DNA from: Camelus ferus
Taxonomy: Eukaryota
Assembly: GCF_009834535.1 (NCBI RefSeq)
Contig: NC_045698.1
Coordinates: 10,790,001-10,854,000, forward strand
DNA: 64,000 nucleotides
Direction: 5' to 3'
Below, one piece after another: positions 1-11,514 of this stretch. The position numbers and the translations under genes are program-made. The notes beneath the pieces are model-generated. The model made no database searches and was not told the DNA's origin. It worked only from the letters and a program-made list of their open reading frames with translations. Each line of letters opens with the position of its first letter. The stretch's first letter is position 1.

Positions 1-99
1 GCTGTCCTCGCCTGCTGTATTCTCCCTGAGATGCCTCAGCCAGCCCTGGAGCTTTGACGGCATGCCAGTAACCCCATCAACTCCTCCACCACTGGCCTC

Positions 100-390
100 C
101 CTTCTAGCTCCGCATCTGTACATCTAGACTCTTGATGTTCAACGTGTTCCCAAACAGGCTTATGATGTTTACCTGAGGTCTTCTCCTCTTGTTTTTCTTA
201 TCTCCTCAAGTGACACCCATTTTTCCTGAGCCAGAAATCTGTGTGCCATTCTCAGTTTTTTCTCCCTCACCCTTAATCCTGACATCCAAATCATCATCAA
301 GGTATCTCTTACATCCTGCCTTCTTTCATTTCCCATTGGTAATGGTTCACTATGTTTGCATAAATTACTGAAACAGCCTCTCAAGTGTTG
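100..390 (+). mobile_element. LINE-2 fragment
   Basis: Degenerate match to recalled L2 3' ORF2 region (gagccagaaatctg...ctccctcacc...catccaaatcatc); boundaries approximate. Confidence 0.55.
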
Positions 391-974
391 ACTCCGTTTC
401 CAGGCTGGGAGGAATATAGGGGTAGCTCATCGGATCAAAGAAGCAAAGGTAAGGATATTAGCTTTCTGGTGTCTCCAGGAGCTTTTTAAACACTGGGCAT
501 ATACGGGTCACTCAAATAGTGGGACATTTTGCTATAACATAAATTCCGGTCTTGCCACTGGATGCACCAGCATTTTATACAGTGAATCACACATCTGGAG
601 CAAATACAGCATTGCCCTTCATTTCTGGAAACCTATAATTTTTCTTTAGTACAGTGTACGCAAACTTCTGCACTGTCTGGCTATTGCTAGCTTCCCCCCC
701 CACCCCCCAAATGACCACTGCTGAGAGGGAAGGGGCTCAACAGGCCCTCTCCTAATTTGGATTCAATGCTAGGAACGGACTTTAAATACAGCAGTGCAGG
801 TGGTAGGTGTTCCAAGCTCCATTTCACAAATGACACTGGGGCTCTGAGAAGGTAACAGAGTTAAAAGGCAGTGGAGCTAAAGATGCAAACTGGGTCTACA
901 ACGAAGCGTGTTGTAGGACATGAGAAACATCTAGCTCTTTCTGGGTAGAACCTGCAGTGTGTAGATTCGTCTTC

Positions 975-1028
975 TCTTTTTCTTTCAATGGAGACACTGG
1001 AGATCGAACCCAGGACCTTGCGCATGCA
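975..1028 (-). mobile_element. 3' half of tRNA-derived Vic-1-like SINE
   Basis: Minus strand reads tgcatgcgcaaggtcctgGGTTCGATCtccagtgtctccattg + A-rich tail; B-box present; resembles full copy at 50637. Confidence 0.7.
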
Positions 1029-1035
1029 TCCTTTT

Positions 1036-1329
1036 TTTTAAATTGAAGTATAGTTGATTTACAGTGTTGTATTAGTTTCGGCTGTACAGCAAAGTGATTC
1101 AGTTATACATATATATGTATATAAATTCTTTTTAAGATTCTTTTCCATTATAGATTATTATACAATATTGAATCTAGTTCTCTGTGCTGTACAGTAGGTC
1201 TTGTTGTTTATTTCAAGTGTGTGTCTGTTAATCCCAAACTCCTAATTTATCCCTCCCTCACTTTCCCCTTTGGTAACCATAGATTGTTTTCTAGGTCTGT
1301 GAGTCTGTTTCTGGTTTGTAAATTAGGTT
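1036..1329 (-). mobile_element. 5'-truncated L1 (3' UTR only)
   Basis: poly(T) then aaattgaagtatagttgatttacag L1 terminus; TSD catcctttt at 1027-1035 and 1330-1338. Confidence 0.9.
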
Positions 1330-1474
1330 CATCCTTTTGTTGAAGTGCTGTAATTTTAATAAACTCAAAAACTGCTATAATAAAGCACAAGTAAGAAAAG
1401 TACTAAAGCCAAATATAACCTGGTGGTCCTTTTCTATATACGACTTTGTTCTTTGTGTGTTGGTGTAGGAAAAC

Positions 1475-2210
1475 TTAAAACTTTTTATTTGGAAATAATT
1501 ATAGATTCTCAGGAACTTGCAAAAATAGTACAGAGATTCTGGGCACCCTTCATCCAGTTTCCCCCAGTGGTTACATCTTACACAACTATAGTGTGATATC
1601 AAAGCCAGCAAATTGACATTGGTACAATGCGTGTGTGTGTATTTTTTTGCCTTTTGTCATATGTGTATATTCATATAAACACCATTGCAATGAAGATACA
1701 GAATTATTCCATCACCACAAAGATGGCCCTCGTGCTTCCTTTATAATTACCTCGCCCCTCTATTTTTAACCCTTGGCAACCACTAATCTGTTCTCCATCT
1801 TTATAAACTTGTCATATTGAGAATGAGCATGAGGGGAAATCTGGGCTCCCGCTTGGCCTTAGCTGATGGAAGAAAGGGTGGGGCCATGTCTTTTCCATGG
1901 TGTTGGCTGGGGTAGGGCGGTTATTGTTGAAACTTTCTCTGTCTTGCTAGGTTATCTCTTTCCTGGTCCTTCAAATAGAGGGAGCAACCTTTTCTTTTTC
2001 GTCTGTTCCCCCTGTGGTTTCTGCATTGCTGGCCTCTCCAGGCAGCTGCCTGGGATTTGTGAGGCAAAAGGAAAGCCCAGGGCGCTAGGCATAGTGCTTC
2101 CCCCGGGGGCCCCGGGCCTCTGTAGGTTGTCCTTTCCTCTCTACTTTCTGGGCTCTACTGCCGTTTGTTTTACACACAATGTGCAGGGTTTTCAGCTGTA
2201 CTTCAACTTC
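1475..2210 (-). mobile_element. Old L1M element: L1MC/MD-type 3' end joined to an L1M 5'-end-like segment
   Basis: 1475-1825 resembles L1MC/MD 3' end (aattatagattctcaggaacttgcaaaaatagtacag); 1826-2210 resembles recalled old L1M 5' region. Confidence 0.6.
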
Positions 2211-2329
2211 CTTCCTTAAGACAAGCTGTGGTTGTGCATTCTTAGGAATGCTCCCTTAACATGTACGAAGGACCAATGGGTGCTAAAATGCACGACCTCT
2301 GCTCTGGGCTTCAGACCTTCGTAAGCTTC

Positions 2330-3110
2330 TACCCTGGGTGTCCTACAGGCACGTAAACTCAGCAGGTGGCCCTCAAATTCCTTCTTGTTTTCACTATCTC
2401 AACTAGTGATACTACCGGCAACTCAGTCATCTGAGGCCAAAACTTGGAAGCCGGTTTAGACCCCTGCTTCACACATGTGATCATTCATCACGTCTGACTG
2501 ATTCTACTTCTTAAATATCTTCTGAACTTAACATCTGCCGCCCATTCCCTCGTCTTTATCTGAGACTTCACCATCACTTGCCTGGACCATTGTTGCCGGA
2601 ACCTTGTACCGTAGCTCTTTGCCTCCAAACTTTGCTCCCTCTGAGCCATCCCCTCACTGTTCTGAAATGCGTCTTGTCTTTCTAAAATGAGCATTTGGTT
2701 CTTACTTCCCCTTCAAGTCCTTTTCCTGGTTACCCAAGCCAGTTAGCCAAGGGCTCTTGTGATTAGGTCTTAATCTCCAGCCTCAGTCGTAGTCGTGCCC
2801 CTGTGGAACGTTCCGTCATTTGTACCACTTGTCCCTCCTCGTACCTGCCAAGCCGTTTCACGTCTCTATACTTTCCCCTGGGCCATCGCACACACGTTTT
2901 CTTCTCTTGAGAATGTCCCCACTTCCTCTTTCTTCCCTTGTCTATCGATCTGATCTGGAAAATTGAGCAGATGAATCACTTTATTTGTGAAGCTTTCCTC
3001 GATGCTTAATTCTATAATTGTACTTAGTACAAGGTGTTGCAGTTATTTTAGTTGACACGTCTGCCTCTCCTAGAGATGATACATGCCTTTCTGAGACCAG
3101 ATCTTACCAG
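2330..3110 (+). mobile_element. LINE-2 fragment
   Basis: L2 motifs (gaggccaaaacttggaag, caccatcacttgcctggacc). Confidence 0.65.
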
Positions 3111-3111
3111 A

Positions 3112-3362
3112 CAGCAGCATAATGGAATGCTTCAAAACAGGGATGCTGGAGTCTTGAGTTTAACTCCAGACTTCTAAGAATTAGTGCTGTGATCTCAGGT
3201 AAGTTACTTTACCTCTTTGTTAAGATGTTTGTCCTCTGTGAAAATTCATCGAATGTGAAATGGGGATTACTGTGAAGACTGGCCAAGATAACCTAAATTG
3301 CACAGCATAGTGCCTGGCACAAAATAAGCTCTCAGAAGCTGTTAGTTATTATGATTATTTTT
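3112..3362 (+). mobile_element. MIR SINE
   Basis: Core gctgtgatctcaggtaagttactttacctct and 3' agcatagtgcctggcaca...ttattatgattatt. Confidence 0.8.
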
Positions 3363-3959
3363 ACTGTAATTTACTGGACTATCCTCCTCATTGTTGAATA
3401 CTTGGGTTGCTTCCATCTTTTTTCCTCTTTTTGCTATTGTAGCTAATACTGGTAGGAAATGTAAATAAATAACAAGAGATGACTAGAATTGGGATTATTT
3501 CTATGTCTTTATATCTGAAGTCAATGAAATCAACATAATTTTCCATCTGTGTTTGAAATAGTTGTTGAAAAAGTCTCCGTATTACTTGTGATCTTTTTCG
3601 TATCACACAGCTCTTTGGGTCTCCCGAAATTGATGAAATATTTCTATCCTACAAGCCTTTGGAAGAGAAAGCTGCAGAGAAAGCACGTAATGGGTGAGTT
3701 TGTACCTGTGTCCTGGGTAAGGTGACAGCCCCGTAACTTTGTTTCTCTTTGCCTTGTTCTGCTCTTAGATGGGTGTACTTGAGGTTTTGAAGAACCTTTG
3801 TTTCTGCTGTACCTTCTTTCCTCTACCCCATATAGCCTGGTTTGTAAACACAGATAGAGTGACAGGCACCATTTCTCCTAAGAAATGGGCTAAGGGAAAG
3901 CCGATTTGAGAAGCTGGGACTCTACTTTTAGCATCAAAGTGGTTTTGGCTTTAACCTCT

Positions 3960-4298
3960 CTGTTAGTCCATTCAGGGTGCTCCAGCAGAATGCCATAGAC
4001 TGAGTGGCTTACACAACATTTATTTCTCACGTTCTGGAAGCTGAGAAGTTCAAGATCAAGGTGCTGGCCAGTTTGGTTCCTGGTGAGAGCTCTGCTTCTG
4101 CTTTACAGGTGGCTGCCTTCTTGCTGTGTTCTCACACGGTAGAGAGAGACCATCTCTCTTCATGTCTCTTCTTATAAGCGCACTACTTCCATTCATGACC
4201 TAGTTACCTTCCAAAGGCCCCACCTCTGTTCATCTTCACTTTGGGGATTAAGTGTCAACATCTGAATTTTGAAGGGACACAAAGACTCAGTCCAAGCA
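3960..4298 (-). mobile_element. MaLR solo LTR (MLT1A-like)
   Basis: atttatttctcacgttctggaagctgagaagttcaagatcaaggtgctggc and terminal gggacacaaagactcagtcc. Confidence 0.85.
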
Positions 4299-5589
4299 AC
4301 CTCCTTCAGGATGTGGAGGGGAGGGTGGGGGTCTTCTGAGACGATCATCTGAAGTGGAAATGTGGCCTCCAGAGACAACTGCATTTTTGAAGGTGATGCC
4401 AGCTGATTTCAGCTTATCCTACAAAAGCATGATATGTTTAAAATAGGAGTTTAAAAGGATCTACCAAAAAGACATGTTATATTGCTGCCCTGATGGTACT
4501 AATTAGCAGCCCCGAAGCTTTCTCATTGTTTCCTGTTCTTATTAGTGAATCATCCCCTAAGATTTTATTGTGCTTAACCAAAATCTATTCTATTATGACT
4601 TAGTGGTTTTATGTGTTAGAGTGGAATGGGATGAGGATAAAGATGAATGATTCTCAGCTTTGATAGTTCCCTTAATACACTCTTTCTAGATAGTATAAAG
4701 AGAATTCTTAGAGTGTAGTTCTGGTTTTTTCCAAGGTAACTAAGCTCAGACTCGTTTCATCCATCTGCAAAATTTCAATTTTAGAACTGTGTAATGATCC
4801 ATGACTCTCTCCTCTGTAGTCTACCATTTGGTCCTGGGCAGCATTTGGGATCTCTTCTTTTCTAGGTCAGGACTGCAAGTTCCACAGACTCAAAATCAGT
4901 GTGAAGAGGCATTTTCCAACTGGATGCTCCATCATGGGTAGATTATCTTTCTTTTTCTATGAATGATACTGGGAAAAGTTCCAGCTGTTTCCCCAGACCA
5001 AAGACCCTGAGATGAGGGCATTCATCTAGTGTTTAGGGACAATGAGAGGAGAGGTAATACACCTGGGGGCAGATACAGAAGGTCTAGATAAAAGCAGTCA
5101 AGGTGGTTAGTGTAAAAGTTTAAATCACCAAAATCCAAAATGTGGGATATATTTAATATCATTTACATGTGCGCTGTGCTTTTACTTCTTATTAACTCTT
5201 AATTCAGGTTAGCTCAGCTATTGGAAATCCAAAATATTTATTCACTTTTGTTTTTGGCAACGGTTAACGCAGCGGATTGTATCGACTCAGCCTATTGGAT
5301 TATATAATGAATAACACAGTATGGACTGTAATATTCATTATATAATATTTATAACTGTGGTATTTGTTATGAAATATTTATCACCTCACTTAAAAACACG
5401 GGAAATGATTTCTGATGAGTTCATGTTTGGATTTTATGCTAATGCTTTCCAAAATTCCATACCTTAGTATGAGGAGAAATGAATCAAAATCCACTGCTTT
5501 AAACAACATGAGTTAGGTGCTTATTTATTTCTGTAAAACCTCTCAGTACTTTGAGCAGATTTCATAGCTTTATGAGAAGAGTGACTTTC

Positions 5590-6265
5590 TATGCTAAACT
5601 GCTATGGCCAAGGCACATTTCCCAGACTCCTTTGCAGTCACATATGGTCATGTGACTGAGTTCTAGTCCACGGACTGTGAGTGGAGGTGAAGGGTGCCAT
5701 TTCCAAGCCTGAGCCCTAAAATCCCCAAGCTCCTTCCTTTTCAAAGGCAACCTTGTCACAGACATAGAAAACAAACTTATGGTTTCCAGGGGAGTGGGAA
5801 GGGATAAACTGGGAGTTTGAGATTTGCAGATACTAACTACTACATATAAAAGAGGTAAACAACAAATTTCTTCTGTGTAGCACAGGGAACTATATTCAAT
5901 ATCTTGTAGTAACCTATAATGAAAAAGAATATGAAAACAAATATATATATGTATATGTATAACTGAAACATTATGCTGTACACCAGAAATTGATGCAATG
6001 TTGTAAACTGACTATACTTCAAAAAAACAAAACAAACAAACAAACAAACAAAAAAACCAAAGGCAACATTGGAGGGAAAATGTGGAAGACAGTGGAATCA
6101 GAAGAGAGAAGAAGCATAGATCATTGAATAATTTCTTGAAGGAGAATCTTGATCAGAAACATCCATTTCAGAATTTTCATGAGCAGAAATAAAGCTCAGC
6201 TATGCTAATCTGCTGAGGTTTGGGGGTTTGTCTGCTTATCAGCTGGCAATCCCTCAACCAATACG
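5590..6265 (+). mobile_element. Old MLT1-type LTR split by an L1 insertion
   Basis: catttcccagactcctttgcag...ggtcatgtgactgagttct before L1; gaaataaagc...ctgctgaggtttggggg after. Confidence 0.7.
5756..6057 (+). mobile_element. 5'-truncated L1 3' UTR with (CAAA)n tail
   Basis: L1 3' UTR ending gtaaactgactatacttcaaaa; TSD caaaggcaac(c/a)ttg at 5742-5755 and 6058-6071. Confidence 0.92.
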
Positions 6266-6324
6266 ATTGCCCTAGGTTTTCCGCTCAGATTTAGTTCTCC
6301 TTTTTCAGTTTTTAGGATGACACT

Positions 6325-6520
6325 GTTGTTAAGACCATGAACTTTGGAATCACATAGACCTAGGATGGAATCCTCTTACTGGCTATGCAGATACTGTAAT
6401 TTTCAGAACTTCAATTTCCTCATTAAATTGGGGATGTAATCCTTACTATTTGGGATTATTGTGAGGATTAAACAGAAAGTATTTTGCACAGTGCCTGGCA
6501 TATCATAAATGATTTTTATA
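6325..6520 (+). mobile_element. MIR SINE
   Basis: gaactttggaatcacatagacctagg...gtgaggattaaa...cacagtgcctggcata. Confidence 0.75.
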
Positions 6521-6754
6521 TTTTTATTTTATTTTTATCTTTTTCACATTCATGGAAAAAATTGTTCTAATTAGTGAGTTTTAAATACTTTCTCTGTGAT
6601 TTCTAGATTATTTATGGTCCTGTAACATGCTGCGCAGTTCCATCCACATGGTTGTGTTCTTTGCCTTCTCTCTGTCTAAACATTCCTGTCTTTATCTGGA
6701 AAAAAATTCTCATCCTTCAAGGTCTAGTTCAAAAATTACCTGCTGTGTTATATT

Positions 6755-7435
6755 TTACTTTTCAAAATTGGCCGCAGCAGTATTTCCGATCCTGCAAGCT
6801 CTTTTAGAACTTCACCATTTCTCCCTCAAGTGGTGGACAATATTTTGTGACCATGTCAATAAATAGAATGTGGCAAAGTTGAGGTGTGACTTCTGAGGCA
6901 GGTCATAGGTCATATGGCTCCCACTGATTCTCTCTTTTTTTTTTTTTTTTGAGTAAAGGTAGATTTATTTAGAGAGATACATACTGCATAGAGTATAAGG
7001 CAAGAGAAAGGAAAGGAAAGAGGTGTGGGGATTGGGTGCTTAGATTAAAGTAAAAGTAGGTACACACTCCATAGACAGAGTGCGGGCCATCTCCAAAGGG
7101 GAGAGAGCAAAAAGGGCGGACTCTCTTTGAAGGAAACTCACCCTTGAAACTCAGCCCCCACGCTGTAAGAGAGCCCAGGTAGCGTGGAAATGCTATGCAT
7201 AGATGTGTATTCTAGCCATCCCCAGGTAAGGTCCCAGGCAAGGATCAGCATCAGTCTCCAAAGATGTGAATGAACAAACTTCTGAGAAGGCCCAGCTGAC
7301 ACTGAGTGGAGCAAAGATGAGCTGTCCCCACTGAGTCCGGATCAAACTGCAGACTCGGGAGCAAAATAAATGTCATTATTGTTTTAAATGACTAAATTTT
7401 GGCGTAGTTTGTTAAACAACAATAAATAGCAGAAA
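6755..7435 (+). mobile_element. MLT1F/G/H-type LTR (interrupted at 6935-7118), inside an L2
   Basis: aatagaatgtggcaaag...gtgacttctgagg; 3' end aaaataaatgtcattattgttttaa...aataaatagcagaaac. Confidence 0.7.
6935..7118 (-). mobile_element. Polyadenylated LTR-like 3' segment inserted by retrotransposition
   Basis: poly(T) 6935-6950, minus-strand AATAAA at 6964-6969, ctctcttt on both flanks. Confidence 0.6.
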
Positions 7436-9299
7436 CACCTCCTCTAGAAAGCCATCCTTACAACCTCTTGGTTTTTCCCTTGGCCCTGAATTAGTAGCTT
7501 TTTTTCCGTGTTCTCTTAGCATTTTATTTACTTCACTAACACTTAACAATTTGTTAAAGTTTATAAAATTTTTGAGGGAAAGGTCAATGCTTGTTCTTCT
7601 TCTTCTTTTTTTTTTTTTTTGGTTACTTGTAGCGTCTAATGCAGTACCTAGTACTGTGCAGGTGCTGAGCAGACGTTTTTAAAATGATGGTTGAGTTTAC
7701 GTTAGTTTTCTTTGTCAGAGCTACTATGCTCCATCTAGAAATTTCCACACTATATTAACTTCTGGGGTGAAATGCATCTGGATCATAAGCAAGTTGCACA
7801 AAACTCAAGGATGGGGATGACTATCCTGGAGGTTTTCATGAGAGTGGATGGAAAAAAAAACCCAACAGAATGACATGAGAGAATGTCTAGCTGTTATTAA
7901 GCAATATTTGCTGTTTTTTCTGGGACTCTATATAGCAATTTAACTTGTGATCATTGCTGCCAGGGGTTTAAACGTCATGGAAACCTTGATTACTCTTACC
8001 AGAATATCTTTTGTAAGCTCTTGTGACTTTCAGTGATGTTCTCTTTAACTAGATGACAGAAATGTGCCACAAAATACCTCGACATGCTTAGAATGTATAA
8101 GTCGCAATTTCCATATCTGTTTTCCACATCCTATCATTAGCAGCATTGGTACAAGGAAGCATATCTAGTTCAAAAGCTTCAAGTGTGCTTATTTCTCATA
8201 AATGGAAGGAATATTCAGCTAAAAGTCTACAGACCTGATTTTTCATCCTTGTTCTGCATATGGCTGAGTGTGTGATCCTTAGGAAAATCCTTTTCTTTTC
8301 TTCAGGTTTCCATTTCCTCATTTATGAGATGAGATGAAGACTGATGTTCTCCAGGGACATGTCCAAGTCTAGCTCTAACCATTCTATGAGCAAAATGATA
8401 GCACAACATTTTTTACAGAGATACAGATGGAAACTCAACGTGCTTGATACTTCCTGACCCATAAATAAAACTGAGGTTGGAGGGAGCGTTAGGATTTTGA
8501 AATGATGACTACCTTTTCAGTGGCTGCACAAAACTAGCCTGTTCATCAGCTCTTCTTTTCATGGGTTGGAATGATACATTTTAACCCCTAAGACATGCTT
8601 ATGGAGAGGTACCGTGCTGAAGAGGAAATCACAACAGTGCTTTTGGGGGCGAGTCTTTGATCTGCCATATCAGATTCCTGTCACTGTGTACATTCACTGT
8701 GCTGTAAGATTAAAGAAGCTTCTGTGACCCCTTTAAAGCTAAATCCACCTGAGGTTTGTCTTTAAGAGAGACTGTGCAGAGGTTAAAAAATCACCCTAGG
8801 GTTGCATTTTGAGACAATGAGAATACTCAGCAATATGATATAGATAAAAAGTGGCGAGCAGGATTACATTTCTTTTTCCTGGCATGTTCTTTGAAGGTAG
8901 TCTATAATAAGGCAGAATGGAATTTGTCTCTCTATGACATTTTCCAATTTTTCTGGATGGTCAATAAAAGATAACATCACCACTATCATTTCTTTTCACC
9001 TGGTCTGGGAGAATTTTCTTTCTTTCTTTCTTTTTTTATTACAGATGAGAGAGATTTATTTTGTTAAGTAATTGATTATAAAATTTTATTTTTATATTCA
9101 TCACAATTTTGTATATTTTTATAACAGATGAAATATTTATATTTTACTTATAGGTACTTTATAATTCATATCATTACTTTTTGAATAATATATTTTCTTT
9201 TATATTTTCTTACTGTTTCTGGTGTATCAGAAACATACTGATTTTATCTGTGCTTTTCAAACTGAAAATAAATATATAATTTTCAGTTTTAATAAGCAC

Positions 9300-10851
9300 T
9301 TTACTTTCTTTTTTGTTTTACTTATTTTCTTTTTCTTTTTTAAAATTTTTAAAACTTTTTTTATTGAGTTATAGTCATTTTACAACGTTGTGTCAAATTC
9401 CAGTGTAGAGCACAATTTTTCAGTTATACACGAACATACATATATTCATTGTCACTGTTTTTTCACTGTGAGCTACCACAAGATCTTGTATATATTTCCT
9501 TGTGCTATACAGTATAATCTTATTTAACTATTCTGCATATGCCTGTCAGTATCTACAAATTTTGAACTCCCAGTCTGTCCCTTCCTACCCCCTTCCCCGT
9601 TGGCAACCACAAGTTTGTATTCTATGTCTATGATTCTGTTTCTGTTTTGTATTTATGTTCTTCTTTTTTTTTTTTTTTTGGAGTCCATACATGAGCAATT
9701 TCATATGGTACTTTTCTTTCTCTTTCTGGCTTACTTCACTTAGAATGACATTCTCCAGGGACATCCATGTTGCCGCAAACGGCATTATGTTGTTGTTTTT
9801 TTATGGCTGAATAATATTCCATTGTAGAAATATACCACATCTTTATCCAGTCATGTGTTGATGGACATTTAGGCTGTTTCCATGTCTTGGCTGTTGTAAA
9901 TAGTGCTGCTTTGAACATTGGGGTGCATGTATCTTTTTGAATTAGAGTTCCCTCCAGATATATGCCCAGGAGTGGGACTGGTGGATCCGATGGTAAGTCT
10001 ATTTTTAGTTTTTAGAGGAACCTCCATACTGTTTTCCATAACAGCTGCACCAGATTGCATTCCCACCAGCAGTGTAGGAGGGTTCCCTTTTCTCCACAGC
10101 CTCTCCAGCATTTATCACTCATGGACTTTTGAATGATGGCCATCCTGACTGGTGTGAGGTGATACCTCATTGTAGTTTTGACTTGTATTTCTGTGATAAT
10201 TAGTGATATTGAGCATTTTTTTCATGTGCCTATTGATCATTTGTATTTCTTCTTTGGAGAATTGCTTGCTTAAGTTTTTTGTCCATTTTTGGATGGGTTT
10301 GTTTGTTTTTTTCTTATTAAGTCATATGAGCTGCTTATATATTCTGGAGATCAAGCCTTTGTCAGTTTCATCATTTGCAATAATTTTCTCCCATTCCATA
10401 GGTTGTCGTTTTGTTTTATTTATGGTTTCCTTTGCTGTGCAGAAGCTTGTAAGTTTCATCAGGTCCCATTTGTTTATTCTTGCTTTTATTTCTATTGCTT
10501 GGGTAGACTGCCCTAGGAGAACATTTTTGAGATGTATGTGAGATAATGTTCTGCCTATATTTTCCTCTAGGAGGTTTATTTTATCTTGTCTTATGTTTAA
10601 GTCTTTGATCCATTTTGAGTTTATCTTTGTGTATGGTGTAAGGGAGTGTCCTAGCTTCATTGATTTATATGCTGCTGTTCAGTTTTCCCAACACCATTTG
10701 CTGAAGAGACTGTCTTTATTTCTTTATATATTCTTGCCTCCTTTGTCAAGATTAGTTGACTGAAAGTTTGTGAGTTCATTTCTGGGCTCTCTATTCTGTT
10801 CCATTGGTCCATATGTCTGTTTTTGTACCAATACCATGCTGTTTTGATTAC
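9300..10851 (-). mobile_element. Young 5'-truncated L1 (ORF2 C-terminus + 3' UTR), frameshifted
   Basis: ORF track peptides [18 protein letters not shown] (10322-10660) and [16 protein letters not shown] (9736-9918) are L1 ORF2p C-terminal motifs; T-rich tail 9300-9362. Confidence 0.97.
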
Positions 10852-11514
10852 TTTCTTTTTTATTGAAGTATAGTCAGTTTACAATGTTGTGTCAATTTCT
10901 GGTGTATAGAATAATGTTTCAGTCATACATAGACATACATATATTTGTTTTCATATTCTTTTTCATTATAGGCTACTACAAGATATTGAATATAGTTCCC
11001 TATGCTACAGTAGAAACTTATTATTTATCTATTTTATATGTAGTAGTTAGTATCTGCAAACCTCAAACTTCCAATTTATCCCCTTCCTGCCTCCTTTTCC
11101 CCCAGGTAACCATAAGTTCATTTTTTATGGCTATGAATATGTCTCTGTTTTGTAAATAAGCTCATTTGTGTCATTTTTTTAAGATCCCACATATGAGTGA
11201 TATCATATGGTATTTTTCTTTCTCTTTCTGGCTTACTTCACTTAGAATAGTGATCTCCAGGTCCATCCATGTTGCTGTAAATGGTATTATTTTATTCTTT
11301 TTTATGACTGAGTAGTATTCCATTGCATAAATATACCACAACTTCTTTATCCAGTCATTTGTTGATGAAGATTTAGGTTGTTTCCATGTCTTGGTTATTG
11401 TAAATAGTGCTGCAATGAACATTAGAGTGCATGTGTCTTTTCAAATTAGAGTTCCCTCCAATATATATGCCCAGGAGTGGGATTGCTGGTAAGTCTTTTT
11501 AGTTTTTTAAAGAA
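10852..11514 (-). mobile_element. Second 5'-truncated L1 (different 3' UTR subfamily)
   Basis: MFIAALFTITKTWKQPK...WMDLEITILSEVSQ (11171-11422); terminus tattgaagtatagtcag. Confidence 0.95.

Noticed and set aside
5840..6043. Recurrent hydrophobic ORFs (FIFFFIIGYYKILNIVP; also 10863, 52581)
   Set aside because: Antisense translation of L1 3' UTR copies, not a membrane-protein family
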